Source: an uncultured Gemmatimonadales bacterium (lineage in GTDB: Bacteria; Gemmatimonadota; Gemmatimonadetes; Gemmatimonadales; Gemmatimonadaceae). Taken from it: a stretch of 64,000 bases of DNA. The translations under genes were made by a program, and so were the position numbers. Shown here piece by piece: positions 1 through 8,581 of the stretch; within the stretch, counting starts at the first letter, position 1; every line of letters begins with the position of its first letter. The DNA is taken from NCBI GenBank assembly GCA_963701965.1, contig OY969695.1:3424001-3488000 (forward strand). Reading direction: 5' to 3'. The notes beneath the pieces were generated by a model. That model did not search any database and was not told the DNA's origin. It saw only the letters and a program-made list of their open reading frames with translations.

Positions 1-2743
1 CAGCGGCGAGAGCGGATACGTGACCGTGCCGACGAACTGGTGCTCGCGCTGGAGATCGCTCGTGCCAAACGGCACGACGTTGGGGTTCCCGCCCGTCGTC
101 GGCGACGCGAATCCAAAGACCGCCGAGCCCCCGGAGAACGACGACTGGTCGCGCACACGGGAGTACGTGTACGACATTCTGATACAGCATCCCTTTGTCG
201 GTGAACCCGCTGACGCTCGACGTCACCTGCCGGGTGTCCGACTGCAGGTTCGAGTTGAGCGAGAGTACCTGGCCATACTGGTTGTGGATCCGCGAGGAAC
301 CGAACGCCGCCGCGCCCGTCACCGGATCGATAGCGCCGGGGTTCACGAACACCGGACGGTTTCCTTCGTTGGCCAGCGAGAACTGCGGCGCGGTATTGAG
401 ATTCATGTCGGTGACGCCGAACAAGTGCGTGCCGCGCGCGTACGTCCCGTCGACGGCGAGCGTGATGCGCTGGAAGAATCGCTTCGTCACGCCGAAGGAG
501 CCCCGCCAGGCCCGCGGCGCCTCGAAGTCCGGTGCGAACGTGGTGACGGCGTTACGGGCGCCGAGGCCGAGCGAGTCGATCGGGAAGATGCCGCCGCCGC
601 TGCACATCGTCGGGGGTGGCTCACCACCGGCCAGGTCACTCCAGTCCGGCGGCGGCACCTGGGGCCCGACGCACACCAACTGCGCTTCGCCACCCAATGC
701 GCCCGTCGCCGACTGCAGGGCCGGGAACAGGGACTGCGGGACGGGCGCCCGGAACTCCCCGAACCCACCGCGGACGATCGCGAACGCATTGTTGCCGCCG
801 CGACCGCCACCGCCACCGCCACCGCCTCCTCCGCCCCCACCCCCACCGCCCCCGAAACCCCCGCCGGTGCGCGCGCCGCCGCTGCCGCTCCCCACGAACC
901 ACGTGAACCCGACGCGCGGGCTGGCGTGGATTTCCGACGGCCAGTCGTCGGTGCGCCGGTGAAACAGCGAATCGATCGCCGGGTTGAAGGCGGGGGCGCC
1001 GCCGTATGCCGAGCCTTCGAGTCGCGCCCCGTAGGTGATCTGCAGGGGTCCCGTGCGCCAGGCGTCGCCGAGGTACATGCCCGCGTTGTAGGCCCGGGCC
1101 TCGGTGTTTTGCATGTTGAGGGTGCGCGTAAACGTCGCGGGCGCGGAGTCGACGAACGCACTCAAGGACGGGTAGGTGTACACGCCCTCTTGGTCGGGCG
1201 CAATGTTCTGTCCGAATCGCGCCACGTTCACCAGGACGCCGAACTTGACGCGATGGGCCCCTTCGCCCGGGATGAGCGAGACCTCATCGGTCGCCTCGAC
1301 GTAGTCGTTGAACGTGCGCGTCGGCAGCGCCGCGCTGCCCCCGAACGCGAGCGACGAGACGCCAAATCCCAGCGGTTCCGTCGCATCGGTGTCGGCCAGC
1401 TCGGGGACCACGGTGACGCGTCCGCTCGGCAGCCGCAGATAGGGGTTGACGCTCGTCTGCGAGTGCGAGACGTAGGACCGGAAATCGTTGATCGTCCCCT
1501 CGCCGATATGCGACGTGAGGGCCAGCAGCAAGCCACCACCGCCACTGGCGTTCGCCGTGCCCGACGTCGGCAAGGAGAAGACCGAGATCCGGCCGCCGTC
1601 CTGCGCCGTGACGCGGTAATCGAACCGCAGCGTGATGGTCTGGTCGTCCGTGGCCAGGAAGTCGAGCCGCTCGAAGGCCACGGCGGACGTCACGCCGCGC
1701 GTGGTCGGCACATTGCCCCCGGATGTCGGGAGTCCCAGCTTCTGCACGTTCTTGATGAATGCCTGCGCCGTGTCGCGTGAGATCCCCAGCGCGGCCAGCG
1801 TCGCCGGGTCCGCGTTGAGCAGCGAAGTCAGGTCGTCGTAGCGGTGGTTGAGCTGGACGGCCGTGAACGAGAACAGCTTGTCGGGTACGATAGGTCCCCC
1901 GACGCCGCCGCTGAACTGCAGCTGGTTGCGCAGTTGCCCGAATGTGGGTGGCCCCTGGGTGCCGAACGCGAAATTCGAGTTGCGCACCGAAGAGCCAAAG
2001 GACCCCGAGAGGTCGTTCGTCCCGCCGCGGGTCGTCGTGGCGATCTGGCCGCCCGTGAACTGGCCGCGCGAGACATCGTAGCTGTTGGTGATGACGCGGA
2101 TGTTGCGCACGGCCTCGGTGGGGACGGACGTGCCGCCGAACGTCACGCCGTCGACGGTGGTCGAGTTGAGCGTCGGCCGTTGGCCCGCGACGGAGAAGGC
2201 GCTCGCCGTCGTGTCGCTGGCGGCGATGCCGACCACGCCCGGCGCCAGGGTCGCCAGCGTCGCGAGATCGCTGCCATCGACCGGCAGCTTCTCGATCATT
2301 GAGGGGGTGAGATTGAGACCGGTCGCGCCCGCGTTCGCCGCATCGCGCCCATTGTTCGCCCGGGCGCGGACGTTGACCGTCTGCAGCGTGGCCACGGACG
2401 TATTCAACTCGACGTTCGCCGTCAGGCGGTCCTCATCCGCCTGGCGCGACAGGATCAGCGCCGCGGCCGCGTAGCCGACCATGCGCACTTCGATCCGGTA
2501 TTGCCCGCCGCCGTCGGGAAAGACCACCGTATAATGGCCGTCGGCGTTGGTCTGTCGCGTCCGCGTGATGCGCGTGTCGAGCGACATGACCGTCACCGTG
2601 GCGCCGCCGACGGCCTGATGCCCCGGCGCTGGTCCCGTGACCTTGCCCGAGATGATGTCCGTCGTGGAGCCGACTTGCGCGCCGAGGCGGGCCGCTAACG
2701 CGAGCCACCCGACGGCGAGAGAGAAGCGCAGGGTCCAATGCAT
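1..2743 (-). CDS. TonB-dependent-receptor-like outer membrane protein with N-terminal carboxypeptidase regulatory-like domain (runs off the left edge)
   Basis: Absent from the ORF track because no stop falls in the window. Manual translation from ATG at 2743 gives MHWTLRFSLAVGWLALAARLGAQVGSTTDIISGKVTG...TNADGHYTVVFPDGGGQYRIEVRMVGY (signal peptide plus CarboxypepD_reg-like domain). Only the N-terminus and the region near 800 were translated by hand. Confidence 0.8.
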   Translation of the reverse strand, partial: MHWTLRFSLAVGWLALAARLGAQVGSTTDIISGKVTGPAPGHQAVGGATVTVMSLDTRITRTRQTNADGHYTVVFPDGGGQYRIEVRMVGYAAAALILSRQADEDRLTANVELNTSVATLQTVNVRARANNGRDAANAGATGLNLTPSMIEKLPVDGSDLATLATLAPGVVGIAASDTTASAFSVAGQRPTLNSTTVDGVTFGGTSVPTEAVRNIRVITNSYDVSRGQFTGGQIATTTRGGTNDLSGSFGSSVRNSNFAFGTQGPPTFGQLRNQLQFSGGVGGPIVPDKLFSFTAVQLNHRYDDLTSLLNADPATLAALGISRDTAQAFIKNVQKLGLPTSGGNVPTTRGVTSAVAFERLDFLATDDQTITLRFDYRVTAQDGGRISVFSLPTSGTANASGGGGLLLALTSHIGEGTINDFRSYVSHSQTSVNPYLRLPSGRVTVVPELADTDATEPLGFGVSSLAFGGSAALPTRTFNDYVEATDEVSLIPGEGAHRVKFGVLVNVARFGQNIAPDQEGVYTYPSLSAFVDSAPATFTRTLNMQNTEARAYNAGMYLGDAWRTGPLQITYGARLEGSAYGGAPAFNPAIDSLFHRRTDDWPSEIHASPRVGFTWFVGSGSGGARTGGGFGGGGGGGGGGGGGGGGGRGGNNAFAIVRGGFGEFRAPVPQSLFPALQSATGALGGEAQLVCVGPQVPPPDWSDLAGGEPPPTMCSGGGIFPIDSLGLGARNAVTTFAPDFEAPRAWRGSFGVTKRFFQRITLAVDGTYARGTHLFGVTDMNLNTAPQFSLANEGNRPVFVNPGAIDPVTGAAAFGSSRIHNQYGQVLSLNSNLQSDTRQVTSSVSGFTDKGMLYQNVVHVLPCARPVVVLRGLGGLWIRVADDGREPQRRAVWHERSPARAPVRRHGHVSALAA

Positions 2744-2803
2744 TACGATCAAGTACTATTTGCGCCGACCGACTGTTGGCCCGGTGGCTAGATTTTGACA
2801 ACT

Positions 2804-4652
2804 ATGGTGTCGACGGCGACCACCGCGGGCGAGAAGCTGCCCCTGCGCGAGAAGATCAGAGTGCTGCGCTACTTGCCGCAGCTGCTCGGACTCGTGTGGG
2901 AAACCCATCGGTGGTACGCCACGACGATGATCGCGCTCCGCCTCCTGCGCTCCGTCGTGCCGGTCGCGTCGCTGTGGGTCGCGAAGCTGATCATCGACGC
3001 CGTGATTCAGGCGGCCGCCGGGCACGGCACGCAGCGCCTCTGGGATTACGTGGCCGCCGAGTTCGTGATCGTCCTCCTCGGCGAGGTCCTGGCCCGCGGC
3101 TCGGCGCTGGTTGAATCCCTGCTCGGCGACCTTTTCTCGAACCACATCAGCGTGCGCCTCATGGAGCACGCGGCGACGCTCGATCTGGAGCAGTTCGAGG
3201 ACCCGACGTTCTACGACCATCTGGAACGGGCCAGACAGCAGACTACCGGGCGGATTGGGCTGGTCGCCCAACTCCTCGGCCTGGGCCAGGACGCGCTGAC
3301 GCTGGTGACGCTCGGCGGGGCACTGGTCGCCTACAATCCGTGGCTCCTGCTCCTGCTGACCGTCGCCGTGTTGCCCAGCTTCGTCGGCGAGACGCATTTC
3401 GCGGCGCTCAGCTACTCGCTGCTGTGGCGCCGGACGCCGGAGCGGCGGGAGCTGGACTACCTGCGATATGTCGGGGCTAGCGACGAGACCGCGAAAGAGG
3501 TCCAGAATGTTCGGGCTGGCGTCGTGGCTCACGTCCCGGTATCGGCGCTTGTCGCGGCAATACTACGAGGAAAACGCGCGACTCTCGGTCCGCCGCGCCA
3601 TCGTCAGCGCGCTCCTGTCCGTGGTGGGCACGATCGGGTACTACGCCGCCTATGTGGTGATCTTGTTGCGGGCGGTCGCCGGGCAGCTCAGCATCGGGAC
3701 GTTGACGTTCCTGGCGGGCGCGTTCATGCGGAGCCGCGACCTGATTCAGCGCCTCCTGTTGTCGGCCAGCGACATCTACGCGCAAAGTCTCAATCTGCAG
3801 GATCTCTTCACGTTCTTTGCCATGCAGCCGACGATCGCCACCCGTCCCGGCGCGCGGCCGGTCCCGATGCCGTTTGGCACGGGGTTCGTGTTCGAGGATG
3901 TCGGCTTTCGGTATCCAGGGAGCGAGCGGTGGGCCGTCCGCCACGTGAGCTTTACGCTGCGTCCCGGCGAACGGGTGGCGCTGGTGGGCGAGAATGGCGC
4001 GGGCAAGACGACGATTACGAAGTTGATCGCGCGCCTCTATGATCCGAGCGAGGGGCGTATCCTGCTCAATGGCGTCGATCTCCGGGAGTACGATCTTTCG
4101 TCGCTCCGTCGGGCCATCGGCGTGATCTTCCAGGATTTTGTCCGCTACGACATGCGGTTCGACGAGAACATCGGCGTGGGCGAAATCGAGGCGTCGCGCA
4201 CGTATCTGGAAAACCACGGACCGGTCCCGGCGCCCATCGCCGACGCGTCGGAGCGGTCGCTGGCGGCCACGCTGCTTCCCCGGCTGGCGCAGGGGTATCG
4301 TCAAATGCTGGGCCGCCGGTTCGATCAGGGCGTCGATCTGTCTGGTGGCGAGTGGCAGAAGGTCGCGCTGGCCCGGGCCTACATGCGGACGGCGCAGCTC
4401 TTGATTCTCGATGAGCCGACGGCCGCGCTCGACGCGCGGGCCGAGTACGAGGTGTTTCTCCGGTTCTCGGAACTGATGGCGGGTCGCATGGCGGTCATCA
4501 TCTCCCACCGGTTCTCGACCGTGCGCATGGCCGACCGCATCATCGTCCTTGCGGACGGCCGGGTGGTCGAAGAAGGGTCGCACGACGAGTTGGTGGCTCG
4601 CGGGGCGCAGTACGCCGAGCTGTTCGAGATGCAGGCGTCGGGCTATCGCTAG
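2804..4652 (+). CDS. ABC transporter permease/ATP-binding fusion (exporter), +1 frameshift at ~3506
   Basis: TMD in ORF 2795..4042 and NBD in ORF 3468..4652 (GENGAGKT, LSGGEWQK, LILDEPT). Removing one A from CCAGAATG joins them as KEVQMFGLASWL. Confidence 0.9.
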
Positions 4653-4716
4653 ATCGCGGCGACGCCGCGATCAGTCGAACCGACCGGCTTTAGCGGCACG
4701 AAGTGGCGCCTAAAGC
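4652..4716 (+). repeat. Twin-hairpin repeat, copy 1 (between two convergent stop codons)
   Basis: GATCGCGGC-GAC-GCCGCGATC, linker AGTCGAACCGAC, then GCTTTAG...CTAAAGC hairpin. Similar to 11884..11950 and 21742..21817. Confidence 0.8.
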
Positions 4717-5406
4717 TCAATATGAACCATCCAACCGAATAACAGCGAATAAAAAGTACCGCCAACCGCGTTGCACGCCTCGCGCGTGTGAATCGCGCTG
4801 CGTGGTCCGAACACCGGCGCCCCGTGGTCGGTCTCCGTCCAGCGCGACCGTTGGTCACGCGGCGGGATGCAGAATGTCGACGTGCTCGTGCCACTGGGCG
4901 AGACCCACGGGCACGCGCGCGTTCAAGTCGCGCTCCGACGCCGATCGCGGCGCCGTGTACATCGCCCCGACGAGCGTCCACGTGCTATCGGCGTTCTGGC
5001 GATAGAGCAGGGACGTCGGCTTGGCCGGGTCGAAGCGAAACGCCGCGTTGATGGCCCAGGCCCGCCTCGTATAGTGGTAGATGGGCTGCTTGACGTTCGG
5101 CAGAAACGGGCGGAACCCATCGGCCTCGGCGACCGCGATGTCCCGATATTTGGCCACGGCGTTGCGCAGGGTCGCCCGGATCCCGACCATGCGGGCGGAA
5201 TCCGTTGCCGTCGGCACACCGGGCGCGGTCATCCGCATGTGCAGCGCACCGGCGGCGCCTTCCATGTGCATGTCATGCATGTCGCTCATGGCCGCATCCG
5301 TCATGTGCATGTCGCTCATGGCGGAGTCCGTGGGCTCGGGCGCTTGCGCGCCCGCGGCCAGCGACCACACGAGGGCCGAGGCCAGCCCCATCGCAATCCT
5401 GCGCAT
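4710..5406 (-). CDS. Secreted hypothetical protein with Met/His-rich N-terminus, +1 frameshift at ~4873
   Basis: Purine-rich RBS, then MRRIAMGLASALVWSLAAGAQA (signal peptide). Removing one base at CAGAATG (4870-4876) extends WHEHVD into ICIPPRDQRSRW...FGPRSAIHTREACNAVGGTFYSLLFGWMVHIEL*. Length 697 nt = 232 codons + 1. Confidence 0.75.
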
Positions 5407-5499
5407 CGGTTCTCTCTTCTCCCTGAAGTGTGACGTCAGACGCCGAATTCCGGCCGGCGTTAGTGACACGAACGAAACCTTGGCGAGCAACGCGGGTTT

Positions 5500-5519
5500 T
5501 CACGCAATCGATTGCGTGA
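5500..5519. promoter_or_regulatory. Perfect 20-bp palindrome, LacI-family-like operator
   Basis: TCACGCAATCGATTGCGTGA in the divergent intergenic region, with the AAT-CG-ATT core typical of LacI-family sites. Confidence 0.6.
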
Positions 5520-5680
5520 CAACGGCTTAGTCTCTGACGATCGAACGGGGCCGTTGGCGGCGGTCTCGGTCGGTCCGTGACGCTCTCGTATCGGCCTGTT
5601 GACGCTTGGGGCACCGGCGGCGGACTAGCCTGACGTCGATCCTCGTGCCGGTCGACTGTCTCTCTCGCATTCAGGGCCCC

Positions 5681-8581
5681 ATGAAACTGGTTGTCAGTGT
5701 CTTCGCGCTCCTCACGAGCGCGACCGCGGCGCAATTGGGCGCGCAAACCTCCACGGGGGCAGTTGCCGGCGTCGTGCGCGACGCGGCGCATCGGCCCCTC
5801 TCTGGCGCCATCGTCCAGGTGATCGAATCCCACGTCGGTAAGGCTGCCGACGAGAACGGCACGTATCGCCTGGACCACATTCCGGCCGGCGCCGTGCGCA
5901 TGGTTGCACGAATTCCTGGTTACACGCCGGACACGGCTTCTGTGACGATCCTGGGAAGCCAAACAGTTGCGCACGACTTCGCCCTTCGGCCGACCAACGT
6001 CACCCTGGAAACCGTCACCATCGTCTCCCCCCGTATGAACGAGACGAAGGCGGCGGCGCTTCAGGAACAAAAGACATCGGATCTCACGGTGAGCGTGCTC
6101 TCGGGCGACGAGATCCGTTCCTTGCCCAATGCCAACGCGGCCGAAGCCGCCGCGCGCATCCCGGGCGTGACGTCGGAGCGGGACGAGGGGGAAGGCAAGT
6201 TCGTCGAGATTCGCGGGACGCCGCCGCAGTTCACCAACGTGATGATCGACGGCGTACACGTTCCGGGCACGCTGAGCGGCGATCGCTCGGTGAAGCTCGA
6301 CGACATCCCGTCGGATCTCCTCGGCGCCATTGAAGTCAGCAAGACGTTGACCGCCGACATGGAAGCGGACGCGATCGGCGGCACGGTCAACTTGGTGAGC
6401 AAGATCCCGGAAGGGTCGCCGCGCGGTTACATCGCGGGCCAGTACTCGCACCAGACGCTCGAGGCCAACTCGCAGGGTCAAGGCAGCTTGACGTACGGCG
6501 GCCGGGTCGGACCGAACCAGAAAATCGGATTCCTCCTCGGCGGCTCGTACGATCGGACGAACCGCACGATTCAGGATGTCGAGCCTACGTTCGCCGCGGA
6601 GAACGTGCAGGGCAACACGGTGACGCCAGTCGACAACGGGTCCGGGTTCAACCATGTGTACCCGAATGACTGGAGCCAGCGCGAATACAACTACTATCGG
6701 ACGCGCTACGGTATCAACGGCGATCTCGATTATCGGTTCTCGCCGACGTCAACCGTGTACCTGCGCGGTCTGTGGAGCGCGTTCTTCGACCAGGCCAACC
6801 GGTGGGTGACCGAGGTCGCGGCCGGCAACGATGTGCCGGGGAAGAACACGGTCACCGGCGCGTCGGTGAGCAACGAAGTGTCCAACCGCGGACCGGTCGA
6901 GCACACGTGGGGCCTGATCGGTGGCGGCAAGCACAACGCCGGTATCGTCCACCTCGACTACTCGGGCAACTGGACGGGCTCGTCGGCGACGACACACAAT
7001 CACTTCGACGATAAGTACGACGGGACGGGAGGTGGCCTCGGGGCCTTCAACTACAGCTACGCGGGATCCTCGCCCCTGGTGCCCCGATACACCGTGCTTC
7101 CGGCCGTCGCGGGTGCTTTGGAGACCGCCAACAACTACACGTTCAACAAGGTCTCGACCAGCAACGAGGCGATCGACGGCCAGGATTTCGGTGGCCAGGC
7201 GAACGCACTGATCCCGTTCTCGCTCGGCAGCCTGCCGGCGACATTCAAGTTCGGCGCGAAGTACTCGAACGAGCACAAGGCCGACACGCCGGACAACGGC
7301 ACGTTCACCTTCAACGGCACGACGATGCCGACTCTGGCGAATTTCCCGAGCCAGTACTCGCTCAACAACTTCTACGGCCACATCTGCCCGGGGTGCTACA
7401 TCAACGCACCGTTTGGCAGCATTCCGTCGGTGAACAGAGCCATCGCCGGGAACTCGAACTACTCGTTTGCCACCGACAACTTGGGCAACTTGCAATCGGC
7501 CTTCGCTGGCACGGAGCAGATCGCTTCGGCGTACGCGATGGGCACGGTCAATGTCGACCGGCTGCACATCAACGCCGGATTGCGTGTCGAGAACACCGCG
7601 GTGAGCTATGTGGCACACGTGGACACGACGCAGGCCGGCGCCAGCACAGCCAGCCAGCTCAACACCCTGCACAATCAGCACTCGTACACCAACGTCTTCC
7701 CCAGCGTCCTGCTCCGGTACTCGATCGACGACAACACGAACGTTCGGGCCGCCTTCACCCGCGGCATCTCCCGGCCGAACTACAGCGACCTGGCGCCGAC
7801 GTTCGCCGCGGCCAACGCCCTGCGGGGGTCGTTCACCAGCGCCATCAGCGCCGGCAACTCGGCTCTCTTGCCGGAGTACTCGTGGAACACGGATTTTCTG
7901 GTGGAGCACTACTTCCCGTCGGTCGGCGTGATCTCGGGAGGCGTGTTCTACAAGGACATCAGCAACTTCATTTTCTCGCGCACGGTGCGGTACACGGGTC
8001 AGGTGGCGAACGTCCCCCAACTGCTGCCCGATGCCACCGGATCCTATTTCATTAGTCAACCGCAGAACGGGCCGCACGCGTTCCTGTACGGCGCCGAGGC
8101 GGACTACACGCAACACCTGACGTTCCTACCGGGCGCGCTGCGCGGCATCGGTTTCGACGCCAACTGGACGTGGGTGTACTCGCGGGCAACAGTGCCGATG
8201 GACACGACGATCTACTCGACGCCGTTCCGCCACGCCCCGCTGCCCCGCCAGTTCCCCAACATCTTCAACGTCGCCCTGCTGTACGACTACTCGTCCGTGT
8301 CGGCGCGGCTCGCCGGCCAGTACACCGCGGCCAGCATTTTTCAGTACAACGCGGACGGCACGAGCAACCCCGAATCAGGCGACACGTACAACTACCCGCA
8401 CTGGCAGATCGACGGGTCGATCGTGTGGACCGTCTTTGGCCAGTCGGCGCTGCAGGCGCAGGTGCTCAATCTGAATAACGCCGTCTTCGGATTCTTCAAC
8501 GGCACGACGGGGCACCCGTACAACCTGCAGCGCGAGCTTTACGGCACGACGCTCTTCATCGGGGTGCGTCAGGGGTTCTGA
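5681..8581 (+). CDS. TonB-dependent receptor
   Basis: Signal peptide, CarboxypepD_reg-like domain, plug motifs (PNANAAEAAARIPG, EGKFVEIRG, ADAIGGTVNL), C-terminal Phe. ATG at 5681. Confidence 0.92.
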   Translation: MKLVVSVFALLTSATAAQLGAQTSTGAVAGVVRDAAHRPLSGAIVQVIESHVGKAADENGTYRLDHIPAGAVRMVARIPGYTPDTASVTILGSQTVAHDFALRPTNVTLETVTIVSPRMNETKAAALQEQKTSDLTVSVLSGDEIRSLPNANAAEAAARIPGVTSERDEGEGKFVEIRGTPPQFTNVMIDGVHVPGTLSGDRSVKLDDIPSDLLGAIEVSKTLTADMEADAIGGTVNLVSKIPEGSPRGYIAGQYSHQTLEANSQGQGSLTYGGRVGPNQKIGFLLGGSYDRTNRTIQDVEPTFAAENVQGNTVTPVDNGSGFNHVYPNDWSQREYNYYRTRYGINGDLDYRFSPTSTVYLRGLWSAFFDQANRWVTEVAAGNDVPGKNTVTGASVSNEVSNRGPVEHTWGLIGGGKHNAGIVHLDYSGNWTGSSATTHNHFDDKYDGTGGGLGAFNYSYAGSSPLVPRYTVLPAVAGALETANNYTFNKVSTSNEAIDGQDFGGQANALIPFSLGSLPATFKFGAKYSNEHKADTPDNGTFTFNGTTMPTLANFPSQYSLNNFYGHICPGCYINAPFGSIPSVNRAIAGNSNYSFATDNLGNLQSAFAGTEQIASAYAMGTVNVDRLHINAGLRVENTAVSYVAHVDTTQAGASTASQLNTLHNQHSYTNVFPSVLLRYSIDDNTNVRAAFTRGISRPNYSDLAPTFAAANALRGSFTSAISAGNSALLPEYSWNTDFLVEHYFPSVGVISGGVFYKDISNFIFSRTVRYTGQVANVPQLLPDATGSYFISQPQNGPHAFLYGAEADYTQHLTFLPGALRGIGFDANWTWVYSRATVPMDTTIYSTPFRHAPLPRQFPNIFNVALLYDYSSVSARLAGQYTAASIFQYNADGTSNPESGDTYNYPHWQIDGSIVWTVFGQSALQAQVLNLNNAVFGFFNGTTGHPYNLQRELYGTTLFIGVRQGF

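Noticed and set aside
20..1780. 586-aa plus-strand ORF and the poly-Pro ORF 195..962
   Set aside because: Antisense shadows of the minus-strand receptor; the poly-Pro mirrors its poly-Gly tract.
5588..5595. GCCGATAC on the minus strand as a sixth sigma28 promoter
   Set aside because: No TAAA/TCAA-like -35 at 15-16 nt spacing and no flagellar context.
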